Shown here: in pieces, positions 44,157 through 54,061 of the stretch
Numbering within the stretch: the stretch's first letter is position 1
Layout: the number at the start of each line of letters is the position of its first letter
Source: an uncultured Thermoproteaceae archaeon
GTDB lineage: Archaea; Thermoproteota; Thermoprotei; Thermoproteales; Thermocladiaceae
Assembly: GCA_964575955.1 (NCBI GenBank)
Contig: CAZNTG010000006.1
Location: 480,001 to 544,000 of the forward strand
Direction: 5' to 3'
Length of the DNA stretch: 64,000 nt
The notes under the pieces: generated by a model
Database searches by the model: none
Told to the model about the DNA's origin: nothing
The model's input: the letters and a program-made list of their open reading frames with translations, nothing else
Program-made: the position numbers and the translations under genes

Positions 44157-44681
44157 TTATTCACCACTTAAAGATTTTAGATATTCATCAATTAACCTTC
44201 TAAGTGTCTCAATACTAAATCCTAAATGTCTAGCAGCTTTTTCATAATCTTTATCATATATTTCCCAAACCTTATATGCAATATCTTGCATATATGTTAA
44301 TAATTCATCACTAAATTCATCATCAACATTACTAGATCTAAATCTATTCAAGATGTATGATAGATGTAGTATTGATATAGGTTTTTCATTAAAACTTTCT
44401 TCAACAAGTTTCAATATTGGTATAGGTTCAGGAATTTTAATATTAGCATTATACAACTCTCTAACTATAACATACCTCTTAACACCATCAATTATGTAGT
44501 AATCTCTATCAACGATTATTGGAGATATTATACCAATATTTTTAACACTCTCAACTAGATCTTTCAAGTTTTTAATAATATTTTCAAAATTATACCAATC
44601 TCTACGTCTTGTAGGTATTCTAGTCAACTTACACCTATTTAAGAAACCTTCGACATTCATAAGTTCAAACTCGAACTTCAT
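44157..44681 (-). CDS. ParB/Srx N-terminal domain protein with C-terminal HTH
   Basis: LVESVKNIGIISPIIV...IIDGVKRY and AARHLGFSIETLRR. Confidence 0.75.
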   Translation of the reverse strand: MKFEFELMNVEGFLNRCKLTRIPTRRRDWYNFENIIKNLKDLVESVKNIGIISPIIVDRDYYIIDGVKRYVIVRELYNANIKIPEPIPILKLVEESFNEKPISILHLSYILNRFRSSNVDDEFSDELLTYMQDIAYKVWEIYDKDYEKAARHLGFSIETLRRLIDEYLKSLSGE

Positions 44682-44764
44682 AATACTACATGATTTGAGA
44701 TGTGCTTAATATATTAATGCTTGAAGCACAATATCTAAATACTGAATAGTGTGATGTTAATGTT

Positions 44765-46150
44765 GTGAAAGAGGAAGTTATATCTATTGTAGATAAGTTA
44801 GAGAAGATTATTGAAAAATATTCAAAATCTGAGAAAGCTTTCATAGATATTCGTATTGAAGAGACATGGTTTAACTCTATTGAAAAAACTATAGAGGATT
44901 TAAGAGTTAGAGAGGGTGTTGATGTTGGTGCTGCTATTAGAGCATTTATAAATGGTTCTTGGGGTTTTATATCAACACAGAATCTAGATATTAAAAATAT
45001 TGAAGAATGTATAAAGAATGCTATAAAAATTGCAAAAGCTAGAAGTGGCGAATTGAAGATTGTTGAAGTTGATCCACTTAGAGATTATGTTAAATATCCA
45101 GTATCTATAAAGCCTGAAGATGTAGATCCTGAAGTTAAGGTTAGAGATATCTTAGAACTATTCAATACTATAAAATCTAGAGATTATGTTAAATCATGCA
45201 CAATAACATATACAGATGATAAGATTTGTAAGGTGTATATTAGTAGTGATGGTAGAGAGATAATACAGGAAATGTATTACTCATATATGAGAGTTAGCGT
45301 ATCAGGATTTAGAGAGGGTTTTCATACAACAGTTGTAGATTCTAAAGGATCTAGATATGGATATACAATATTTAAGAAGTGGAGTATTGAAAAGCTTTCA
45401 AATATAGTTCTTAAAAAACTTGAATGTCAACTATTTGGAACATTACCAAAAGGTGGTAGATTTACAGTCATAATGGCACCTGATGTAGTTGGAACATTTG
45501 TTCATGAAATATTTGGTCATCTTGCTGAAGCTGATATAACTATGAGTGGTAGTGTTGTTAAAGATTTGAAAAATTGTAAGATTGGCAGTGATCTTGTAAC
45601 TATAGTAGATAATTGTGATATTGATGATGGATTTGGAACATTTAAATATGATGATGAGGGAATAAGGACTAGAAATGCTATACTTGTTGAAAATGGAGTA
45701 TTTAGAGAGGTTATGGTTGATAGAGTATATGCAGCATCACTAAATCAAGAACCTACAGGTAATGCTAGAGCTGAAAGTTTTAGAGTTGCACCACTCATAA
45801 GGATGAGAAATACAATTCTACTACCTAGAGATTCAAAATTTGAAGAGATGATTAGAGATATCAAATTTGGATACTATCTAGTAAGTGCTAGAGGTGGTCA
45901 AGCAAATATTGATGGAACATTTCAGGTAGGTATTCAGGAAGCTTATGAGATAGTTAATGGTGAGATTGGTAGACCTGTAAGAAATATGTCAATATCTGGA
46001 AATGTTCTTGAAATATTGAAAAATATAACAATGGTTGGTAAAGATCTAGAAATTGACTATGGACTATGTGGTAAAGGTCAGATAGTGTATGTATCTGCTG
46101 GTGGTCCTCATATAAAGGTTGAAAATGTTCAAGTTGGTGGATATGTGTAG
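44765..46150 (+). CDS. tldD: TldD/PmbA family metalloprotease
   Basis: HEIFGHLAEAD, YDDEG, GNARA, RMRNT and CGKGQ. Confidence 0.93.
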   Translation: MKEEVISIVDKLEKIIEKYSKSEKAFIDIRIEETWFNSIEKTIEDLRVREGVDVGAAIRAFINGSWGFISTQNLDIKNIEECIKNAIKIAKARSGELKIVEVDPLRDYVKYPVSIKPEDVDPEVKVRDILELFNTIKSRDYVKSCTITYTDDKICKVYISSDGREIIQEMYYSYMRVSVSGFREGFHTTVVDSKGSRYGYTIFKKWSIEKLSNIVLKKLECQLFGTLPKGGRFTVIMAPDVVGTFVHEIFGHLAEADITMSGSVVKDLKNCKIGSDLVTIVDNCDIDDGFGTFKYDDEGIRTRNAILVENGVFREVMVDRVYAASLNQEPTGNARAESFRVAPLIRMRNTILLPRDSKFEEMIRDIKFGYYLVSARGGQANIDGTFQVGIQEAYEIVNGEIGRPVRNMSISGNVLEILKNITMVGKDLEIDYGLCGKGQIVYVSAGGPHIKVENVQVGGYV

Positions 46151-46152
46151 GA

Positions 46153-46437
46153 TTATGCTAATCTATCTTCAGGTACTAGAATTTCACATCTAGTTCCAAG
46201 TGCCTGTCCTGGAAGTGGTCTTCTAAAGACTACTAGTAAATGTCCTCTCTCACTCCAAACTTTTCTAACAGTACCAATAATCTCCTTACCTGTCTTTGTT
46301 CTCCAAATAACTTTACAACCAACAAATTTTGACAATATTGCTCTATCTTCAACCCCCGGCACTACTACTATGACATTATCAGGATATGCATCTGCACCTC
46401 TCCTAAATGAGTATACTAGACCTATAACTTTACGCAT
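46153..46437 (-). CDS. rpl35ae: 50S ribosomal protein L35Ae
   Basis: SFRRG and FRRPLPGQALG. ATG 46437 is 24 nt from a TATA (CTTATAAA), which removes the overlap with the upstream gene. Confidence 0.9.
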   Translation of the reverse strand: MRKVIGLVYSFRRGADAYPDNVIVVVPGVEDRAILSKFVGCKVIWRTKTGKEIIGTVRKVWSERGHLLVVFRRPLPGQALGTRCEILVPEDRLA

Positions 46438-46462
46438 TGTTAATGTTGAAAGTTGAGTAAGT

Positions 46463-47152
46463 TTATAAGCTTTCACGTCTACAGGGTGGTCTTGTAACAT
46501 CTTCAACCTTTCTACCTAGTAGAAAGCAGTATCTTGTAGAAAATCCATAATATATACATTCTCCACAGTTTGTTGGCATTCCTCTACCAATTGTTGGAAT
46601 ATATACTGAAGGTCTACGTTGAACAGTCTCTACAGGTCTTTCAACCCTAAACTCTCTCCTCTCTCCTCTAATAACAGGCTTTGGTACTACGTGTTGAATT
46701 TCCTCAGTCTCATATGGCCTAACTTCAGGAACAACTTCACTAACTTTCTCTTCAGCTAAAATCTCCTTCTTAGGTTCCTCTCTAAGATCGATACCGAGAA
46801 CATTACGAACTTCCTCAATTATTATATTCTCCAACTCTCCAATCGGTATTAAATCACCTTCACATATCTTTCTACCATTTATAATAAGTGCTGGAAGTAC
46901 GTTTACATTGTCTAGTTTTAGATGTTCTATAAGACTTTTCAAATATTCGGGAGGCTCTGTCTCACCTTTAACATACTTATAGATTAAGTCTAGAGCTTCC
47001 TCCTTAACTTTAATCATTGTTAAGTTAATCTTATCAGGATCTCCACCTCTAACTCTAACCTGATCTCTAATACGTAACATCATCTCTCTTAACTTCTGTT
47101 CAAAATCTTCATACTTGCCTAAAATAGTGTAAAACTTGACTTGCACACTCAT
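46463..47152 (-). CDS. Hypothetical protein: thioredoxin-like N-terminus, linker and C-terminal Cys cluster
   Basis: LPALIINGRKICEG and C-terminal CGECIYY...C...PPC. Confidence 0.6.
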   Translation of the reverse strand: MSVQVKFYTILGKYEDFEQKLREMMLRIRDQVRVRGGDPDKINLTMIKVKEEALDLIYKYVKGETEPPEYLKSLIEHLKLDNVNVLPALIINGRKICEGDLIPIGELENIIIEEVRNVLGIDLREEPKKEILAEEKVSEVVPEVRPYETEEIQHVVPKPVIRGERREFRVERPVETVQRRPSVYIPTIGRGMPTNCGECIYYGFSTRYCFLLGRKVEDVTRPPCRRESL

Positions 47153-47200
47153 TAATCAATATTTAATACTTGATGAATATATATCTCTACCTCTTAATCC

Positions 47201-47947
47201 TCAATAATTAGCTAAACTTTGAGTTAATACTACATCTTTCCTCTCCTTAGATATCTGCTTGAATATTCTATTAAGATATATCTTACGTTCAATAACTTCA
47301 CCATCTGGAACTACCTCATAAAATATTTGAGTTTCAAAAATTTGGATGTTGGTTACATTATTCTTCCCAACTCTATCCAAAATTTCATTAACTATATCTC
47401 CGATAGTTATACTAGACTTTTCCTGTAGTAGACTTTCAGCAATTTCAAGTTGCATATGTGGCATAACTATAAACTTACTGTCATTATTCAATGTTAGTAC
47501 TATCATATGATAACCAGGTATCAACACTCTACATAGTTCATCAATATCGACTTCTCTTCCTTCAGATATAAACATTATTTCTAAAACACAACTACCAAAT
47601 TCTGACTTATGTAATGGTGTTCTTCTAGGATCTCTAAGTGCTGCAGCTGTTGCAGCAGTCTTCAATGCTTCTAAAGTTGTTAATGTTGATGGTAGAATAC
47701 CCATAGAACCTCTAACAGTTCTTCTATACACACCATCCATTGTAGAATTTACAATCTTCTCAATAGTTACAAAAACTCCATATCTAGTAGACTTTAATTT
47801 ATATAAAACATCTTCAGGAAGATTGAAATCTTGATCATATTCAAACTCATTACCTTGTAAAGCCTTCTTTATAATACTTCTAGAGAATTGAATTATTGAA
47901 AAAGCTTCTCTAATATTGAAAGGTTTGAAAAATATCATCATCTTCAT
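47201..47947 (-). CDS. Divergent AMMECR1-domain protein
   Basis: GVFVTIEK, RGSMG, AALRDPR and QIFYE..PDGEVIE. Confidence 0.8.
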   Translation of the reverse strand: MKMMIFFKPFNIREAFSIIQFSRSIIKKALQGNEFEYDQDFNLPEDVLYKLKSTRYGVFVTIEKIVNSTMDGVYRRTVRGSMGILPSTLTTLEALKTAATAAALRDPRRTPLHKSEFGSCVLEIMFISEGREVDIDELCRVLIPGYHMIVLTLNNDSKFIVMPHMQLEIAESLLQEKSSITIGDIVNEILDRVGKNNVTNIQIFETQIFYEVVPDGEVIERKIYLNRIFKQISKERKDVVLTQSLANY

Positions 47948-48025
47948 GCATGTATACGTAACTAAGATTTAAAGCACAACATTCAAAACACTCACCTTAA
48001 TACTCTAATAAATATTCAGGTAAGT

Positions 48026-48628
48026 CTATAATAATCTAATCATGCATACTCTATCTAGAATACTAGTAACAATCCTGTCAACACTACACTTCATATTTAA
48101 CAACTTATTAATCCTATCTCTAATTTTAGCATGATGAGAACCTATCCAATAAACCTTACCACATCTAGTACATTCCCAAACATATCTAAACCTAGACGCA
48201 ACACTTCTAGGAATCTTATTTAAAACTTTAGAAACATCAACAAGTTTAAGAGATCCTCCACATGAAGTACAGTATTTAGGTACTGGTATAGTATCAGGAA
48301 TTCTATCTAAAACATCTAGTATAAATGTGAGTTGTATATCAAAATCATCACACGTAATCAATATTGACTTTAATTTTTTCCTAACTCTACATTTAAATAA
48401 TTCTACATCTCTAGTAATGACTATGTCCGTAATACTTAGGAGTGCTCTATCGTCAATGATGTTAAAAAATTCTGTCTTAACTCCAAGCATTCTTAACCAT
48501 TGAGCTAATTTTCCAAGCATTGAATCTACAATAATTTTAAAATCTTCACAATCTATACATATCTTCAAATTATGTGGATATGTTATACATATCTTATCAA
48601 TCTTTCTATTTAATATATCTATCTTCAA
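48026..48628 (-). CDS. Mut7-C RNase domain protein (DUF82)
   Basis: DSMLGKLAQWLRMLG, TRD and CTSC...CTRCGKVYWIGSH. Confidence 0.9.
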   Translation of the reverse strand: MKIDILNRKIDKICITYPHNLKICIDCEDFKIIVDSMLGKLAQWLRMLGVKTEFFNIIDDRALLSITDIVITRDVELFKCRVRKKLKSILITCDDFDIQLTFILDVLDRIPDTIPVPKYCTSCGGSLKLVDVSKVLNKIPRSVASRFRYVWECTRCGKVYWIGSHHAKIRDRINKLLNMKCSVDRIVTSILDRVCMIRLL

Positions 48629-48639
48629 TATTTAATCAC

Positions 48640-50676
48640 CTACATCTTTACAATCTTCTTAATATCGTACCAATGTAGTACATTATTACTAGTATCTTCT
48701 TTAACTATTGTTGAATTTCCTGGAATATGAATTATTATATCTTCAGGTCTAACTTTTGGTGATATATTATACTTCTCTTTTATATATTTTATGATCTTTT
48801 CTCTAATTAATTCTGAACATCTATTTTTATCTATATTTCCTGGTTTTATAATTATGTAATATTCTGCTAGTCTAGATATTGCTTCTGGAGGTGCTGATAG
48901 TATTCTAATAATCTTCTTACTCTCATGCTCGTCTACTCTAACTCCAATTGCAAGTTCTAGAGGTACACCTCTAATCCATCTTCTCTCACCATATATCATG
49001 AAGCTTCCTTTAGATAGGTATTCTCCAGCAGGTGCTTCTTTACTAACCTGTTCTCCATTAACGTAGAATACGTCTATACTAGATGCACCTATAATCCAAG
49101 CTTTAGAATTTGCTGCAGCATATTTAGCAGCTTGATATACATCATCACTAGTTACATCACTACCGGTTGAGAATAGTATAACAACAGCACCTCCAGGTAT
49201 ATCAGCGTGAAAGAATAGGTCTCTCTTCCTCAAGTATCTCCTAACAATAGCTTCATTCTGTGAAGCATCTTTACCAGCAATAACGAGCTTATTGTTAGTA
49301 GTTATAAACCATTTAAATTTTTCAAACCATTCATAAACTCCATAAACAACTTCAACAGTCTTCTCTCTAATACTTTCTAAACTAATCTCAATTCTCTTCT
49401 TAAGCTCTTCATACTTTTTATACAAATCTTCAAGAGCCTTCTTAGCATTTTCAGCTTTCTTCTTAAGCTCTTTAGATTTATTAAACATACTCTCTATAAC
49501 ATCTCTAAGACTTTGATGTATAGGTATTTTAATATTTTCATTAAATATTTGAATAACTATTGACTTTTCCTGAGGTATGTATTGTATAATCTTTACATTT
49601 TCAAATACTATACCTCTAACAAGATCTTCAAAATCTTCTCTATAATTATTCCACAACTCTCTAATTTTTGTAAGTAGATCTTCTATAACATACTTATTTT
49701 CAAGTAGTATTCTACCTTTTCTTTGATATTCTTCAGCTTTCTCTAAATATTCATTTATAAGTTTTTGAACATCTTCGATACTCTTCTCAAGCTTTCTAAT
49801 CTCACTCTCAATCTTCGATATCTTCTCTTTCTCTCTTTCTTCAAACTCTATCTTTCTAAAATACTCATCTACTGCTTCATTAAAACTTTTGAATATTATT
49901 GGTCTATACTTTTCTTCATATATTAGAAGTTTTATTGGAGTTACAGTGATGTAATTACCACTACTTTCATCAATATATATTCTTGGTTCAATTTTTCTAT
50001 CAATAACCTCTCTAAATATTTCTCTAATTCTCTCTAAAATTTTTATATAGTCATATTTAGATTCTAGATTTTCTATACCCTCTCTCTTACATGCTTCTCT
50101 AACAATATCTACAGGTATTCCTAAAACTCTAGATATTGCTCTAATCTTATCCTTAACTTCACATCTCTCTAATTCAGCTAGATATGCCTCAATACTACAG
50201 TTAAATAGATCTAGGAAGTTTCTTGGTGGTGGTACGTATTTTAGACCTATATGAATTTTTCTATCTTTTCCTTCATACTTATGTAAACACCATCTTATCT
50301 TTCCTTCAGAATCTATGAGTATTATATTTGTTGGTTCTATAAGTTCAAATATTAATTCTTGACCTGAACTTAATTTTAGATGTATTATTCTATCTATTCT
50401 AGGCATGTATAAATCTTCTATTCTACATCTCTCAACTAGGTTCTTTAAAATAGGATCTCTTTTTCTATCTTCTTCAACTATGTATCTAGTAATTCCAATT
50501 CTATGTTTTGTAAAAATTAGAAAATACTTTTCAACCTCTGTCTTAATTCTTAGTAGAAGTCCTGTATCTTCTCTATATACCTTATCTATAAATTTTCCAA
50601 CTACAATATCTCTAAGTTCCTGTACTAGTGCTAGTATGTCGAGAATGTTTAGACTTTTCTTAGGTTTTAATGACAC
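48640..50676 (-). CDS. rqcH: Ribosome quality-control factor RqcH/NEMF (NFACT domain)
   Basis: WFEKFKWF, GKDASQNE, FHADIPG and GEYLSKGSFMIYG. GTG 50676 is about 25 nt from TTTTAAAA. Confidence 0.92.
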   Translation of the reverse strand: MSLKPKKSLNILDILALVQELRDIVVGKFIDKVYREDTGLLLRIKTEVEKYFLIFTKHRIGITRYIVEEDRKRDPILKNLVERCRIEDLYMPRIDRIIHLKLSSGQELIFELIEPTNIILIDSEGKIRWCLHKYEGKDRKIHIGLKYVPPPRNFLDLFNCSIEAYLAELERCEVKDKIRAISRVLGIPVDIVREACKREGIENLESKYDYIKILERIREIFREVIDRKIEPRIYIDESSGNYITVTPIKLLIYEEKYRPIIFKSFNEAVDEYFRKIEFEEREKEKISKIESEIRKLEKSIEDVQKLINEYLEKAEEYQRKGRILLENKYVIEDLLTKIRELWNNYREDFEDLVRGIVFENVKIIQYIPQEKSIVIQIFNENIKIPIHQSLRDVIESMFNKSKELKKKAENAKKALEDLYKKYEELKKRIEISLESIREKTVEVVYGVYEWFEKFKWFITTNNKLVIAGKDASQNEAIVRRYLRKRDLFFHADIPGGAVVILFSTGSDVTSDDVYQAAKYAAANSKAWIIGASSIDVFYVNGEQVSKEAPAGEYLSKGSFMIYGERRWIRGVPLELAIGVRVDEHESKKIIRILSAPPEAISRLAEYYIIIKPGNIDKNRCSELIREKIIKYIKEKYNISPKVRPEDIIIHIPGNSTIVKEDTSNNVLHWYDIKKIVKM

Positions 50677-50713
50677 TTCAACTATGTTGTATATATTCAA
50701 TTTTTAAAAGTTA

Positions 50714-50775
50714 GGTGACAAGGGGGACCTGACAAGCCTACTCATTCAGGGGTTTACACCCCTGTCGTAGGCCAT
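50714..50775 (-). ncRNA. Kink-turn small RNA (possible non-canonical H/ACA-like guide)
   Basis: GCCUAC-GA-CAGGGGU-GUAA-ACCCCUG-AAU-GA-GUAGGC, then a 3' tail. Own TATA (TTTTTAA, 50804-50798) about 24 nt upstream. Confidence 0.72.
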
Positions 50776-50845
50776 TTCTATGATTCTCTTTCTAATGTTA
50801 AAAATCTTATTGCGTAAATAGTGTTTAAGATAGTTTGATATAGGT

Positions 50846-51394
50846 ATGGAGTATAGTGAAGCTCTTGATCTTGTTAAGAGGTATGTCAAGAATGAGAAGT
50901 TGATTAAGCATATGATTGCTGTTAGTGCAATTATGGAAAAGCTTGCAGAAGTTTTAAATGAAGATTCAAAACTTTGGAAGCTTGTAGGTCTTCTACACGA
51001 TATTGATTATGAGTTAACTCAAAATGACTTTTCAAAACATGGTATATTAGCTGTTGAAATTTTGAAAGATAAGCTTCCTGAAAATGCTCTAAGTGCTATA
51101 AAGGCTCATAATGAGATGACTGGTCATAAGGATGATTCTAAGCTAGCTATTGCACTTAGAGCTGCAGATGCTGTATCTGGACTTATAGTTGCAACTGCAC
51201 TAGTCATGCCTAATAAGAAGGTTAGTGAGGTTAAAGTTGAGACATTGTTAAAGAAGTTTAAGCAGAAAGATTTTGCTAGAGGTGTTAAGAGAGATAGAAT
51301 TTTAGAATGTGAAAAACTTGGAATTAGTCTTGAAGAATTTCTAAGAATAGCGTTAGAAGCTGTCAAAAATGTATCTCCTGAATTAGGACTCTAG
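50846..51394 (+). CDS. HD/HDIG-domain hydrolase
   Basis: KHMIAV, GLLHDIDY, HG, AHN and KDFARGV. Confidence 0.9.
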   Translation: MEYSEALDLVKRYVKNEKLIKHMIAVSAIMEKLAEVLNEDSKLWKLVGLLHDIDYELTQNDFSKHGILAVEILKDKLPENALSAIKAHNEMTGHKDDSKLAIALRAADAVSGLIVATALVMPNKKVSEVKVETLLKKFKQKDFARGVKRDRILECEKLGISLEEFLRIALEAVKNVSPELGL

Positions 51395-51473
51395 AATGAT
51401 GCTTTTAGTAGCATGAAATTCACCTAGCCTTGATTATTAAAAATGGGTACAACAAACTATAGGTCAAGAGACT

Positions 51474-52856
51474 ATGCCAAGAGGTCATGTTGCAGGTAAA
51501 ATACCACCACATGGAGGTAAGCTTGTTGAGAGAATAGTCAAGTTTAGAGAGAGAGCAGAGAGAATGATACAGGGATTACCAGCATACGAATTACAGCCAA
51601 CTAGAGATCCAAAGACAGGACTACCAATTAGACATGTAGCTCATGAAGTTGTAAGCATATGCTACGGCTTCTTCAGCCCACTCGAAGGCTTCATGACTAG
51701 AGAAGAGTTGGAAAGTGTACTCAAGGAGAGAAGACTACCAGATGGATGGCTATGGCCAATGCCAATACTATTCGACATACCTGAAGAAGATCTTAAGAAG
51801 CTTGGAATTAAGGAAGGTGACCAACTCCTACTCATGGTGCATGGAAAACCATTTGCAGTACTTGACGTAGATGAGATATACAAGTATGATCCAAAGGAGA
51901 TTGCAACAAAGACATTCGGTACTAAGGAGGCAGCACCAGGAATTGTACAGATGGACTTTGATGCTAAACACCCAGGATGGTTACAGTACTCATCAATGAC
52001 AGGAACATTCATTGGAGGTAAGGTAACTCTAGTAAATGAGCCAGTATTTGAAGAACCATATAGTAGACTTTGGACACCACCAAGAAAGGCTAGAGAAGAG
52101 ATTATTAAGAGAGGTTGGAGATTGGTAATTGCACACCAGACTAGAAATGTACCACATGTAGGTCATGAACATCTAATGAAGTTTGCAATGCTTAATGGAG
52201 ATATTGAACCATGTGATGCAGTTCTAGTAAATGCAATTATCGGTGTTAAGAGACTTGGAGACTATGTTGATGAAGCAATTTTAGAAGGTCATGAGATGGT
52301 TAACAAGGCTGGATACATAGCACCAGAACACCACATGGTAACATTCACACTATGGGACATGAAGTATGGTCATCCAGTAGAGGCAGTACTACACGCAATA
52401 ATTAGACAAAACATGGGATGTACACACCACATGTTCGGTAGAGATCACGCAGCAGTAGGAGACTACTACCATCCATATGCAGCACACACACTATGGAAAG
52501 AGGGTATTCCAGGACTTGGATTTCCAGAACCACCACACGAGACGTATAAGGGAGTACTCATAAAGCCTGTACTAATGAAAGAGATACTATACTGTAGAAA
52601 GTGTGGTGAATTAGTATACACTGGATGTTGGTGTAACCACAAGAGTGAGTGGTCTAAGTTCAGTGGAAGCTTCATTAGAAGCCTAATAATTGAAGGTGTA
52701 GAACCACCAGCACTAATAATGAGACCGGAAGTATTCCAAGTAGTAATGAAATGGTGGGAGAAGATTGGAACACCATTCGTAAACAAGACATACCTAACTA
52801 CTAGAAAGATACCCCCATTCGACTTAAAACCAATGGAGTACTCTCCAAAGAAGTAA
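51474..52856 (+). CDS. sat: Sulfate adenylyltransferase (ATP sulfurylase)
   Basis: PHGGKL, FSPLEGFM, QTRNVPHVGHE, RQNMGCTH and GRDHA. Confidence 0.96.
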   Translation: MPRGHVAGKIPPHGGKLVERIVKFRERAERMIQGLPAYELQPTRDPKTGLPIRHVAHEVVSICYGFFSPLEGFMTREELESVLKERRLPDGWLWPMPILFDIPEEDLKKLGIKEGDQLLLMVHGKPFAVLDVDEIYKYDPKEIATKTFGTKEAAPGIVQMDFDAKHPGWLQYSSMTGTFIGGKVTLVNEPVFEEPYSRLWTPPRKAREEIIKRGWRLVIAHQTRNVPHVGHEHLMKFAMLNGDIEPCDAVLVNAIIGVKRLGDYVDEAILEGHEMVNKAGYIAPEHHMVTFTLWDMKYGHPVEAVLHAIIRQNMGCTHHMFGRDHAAVGDYYHPYAAHTLWKEGIPGLGFPEPPHETYKGVLIKPVLMKEILYCRKCGELVYTGCWCNHKSEWSKFSGSFIRSLIIEGVEPPALIMRPEVFQVVMKWWEKIGTPFVNKTYLTTRKIPPFDLKPMEYSPKK

Positions 52857-52871
52857 CCTCGGGTGGGAGCC

Positions 52872-53225
52872 ATGTCCGCCCCCCAGACCTACAAGATCGA
52901 GCTTCCACTAGATAGAAGAAGAATGGAAAGAATAGAGAAAGAAGCACCAGAACTAAAGCAATACATCAAGGAAGCATTTGGAGGATTACTAAAGCTACTA
53001 GAAGTTGAAGTAACAGCAGAGCAGTGGAAGAAGATTCAGGAAGACTTTCCAGTAGCAAGAACAACACCACACGGAACAATTGAACAATTACCAAAAGCAT
53101 TTAAGGAAGCACTATTTGACGCTGTCGTAAGATTGAAGAAGCTTGATCCATCAGTGATAGACGAAGTATATAAGAATATTGAAGAGATAAAGAAGAAGGC
53201 ATACGAAGAACCACTCTTCAAGTAA
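52872..53225 (+). CDS. Small sat/apr-associated protein (DUF6955-like)
   Basis: LDRRRM, FGGLLK and AR...G.IEQLPKAF. Follows sat with an SD-like GGGTGGGA. Confidence 0.7.
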   Translation: MSAPQTYKIELPLDRRRMERIEKEAPELKQYIKEAFGGLLKLLEVEVTAEQWKKIQEDFPVARTTPHGTIEQLPKAFKEALFDAVVRLKKLDPSVIDEVYKNIEEIKKKAYEEPLFK

Positions 53226-53278
53226 AAACTAAAATTATAGAAATTCAAAATATTTTAAATAATTCTCTTCTAAATTCT

Positions 53279-54061
53279 CTATTCTACTGTCGTTCTTCTA
53301 AATAGTATTGTACATATACTTATCATAGCTATTGCAAATATTATTAAAACTAGACTATCAACACCAAGTCCAATAGATGTGTAGTTTATTAATAATGTCC
53401 TTAATGCATCTGTACTATAGGTTATTGGGTTTAGTAATGTTAGTATTTTAAACCATGTTGGCATATATTTAAGTGGATAGAATATGTTGCTGAGGAAGTT
53501 TAATGGAAGTACTATAAAGCTTACTAATGCTTGAAATGTTTCAAAACTATTTACAACAAGTGCTATTATTGTTCCAAGTCCAGCACCTACAATTCCAATA
53601 AGTATGCAGTATAGTAATGCTAGTGGTATATTCACATAGTTTAGATAACCTGTCATTACTAGTCCAAGTATCATTATTATAGATGCTTGTATTAGTGCTG
53701 TTGATACATCACCAATAATTCTACCTACAATAATACATGTTCTAGATGCAGGTGCTACAAGAACTTCTTTTAGAAATCCAAATTGTCTATCCCATATAAC
53801 GGATACACCTGCCATAAATGAAGATGTGAACATTGTCATACATACAATTCCAGGAACTAGAAATGATAGATATGAAGTTCCTAAAATTTGTCTAAATGGT
53901 AATGTTCTAAATGTTGTTGAAAATCCAACACCAAACAATACAAGCCACATAATTGGCATTAGTATAGTACTTATAGCTCTCGCTCTAGCTCTGAAAAATC
54001 TCTTAATTTGTCTAAGAGCAATTGCAGATATTATTGATAGAGAATTGTAAATACTCTTCAT
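53279..54061 (-). CDS. ABC-2 type exporter permease
   Basis: FLVPGI, DRQFGFLKEVLVAP and LNPITYSTDALR. Confidence 0.92.
   Translation of the reverse strand: MKSIYNSLSIISAIALRQIKRFFRARARAISTILMPIMWLVLFGVGFSTTFRTLPFRQILGTSYLSFLVPGIVCMTMFTSSFMAGVSVIWDRQFGFLKEVLVAPASRTCIIVGRIIGDVSTALIQASIIMILGLVMTGYLNYVNIPLALLYCILIGIVGAGLGTIIALVVNSFETFQALVSFIVLPLNFLSNIFYPLKYMPTWFKILTLLNPITYSTDALRTLLINYTSIGLGVDSLVLIIFAIAMISICTILFRRTTVE

Noticed and set aside
51390-51440. Possible C/D sRNA upstream of sat (ATGATGC...ATGA...TTGA)
   Set aside because: All boxes are degenerate and there is no CTGA D box.
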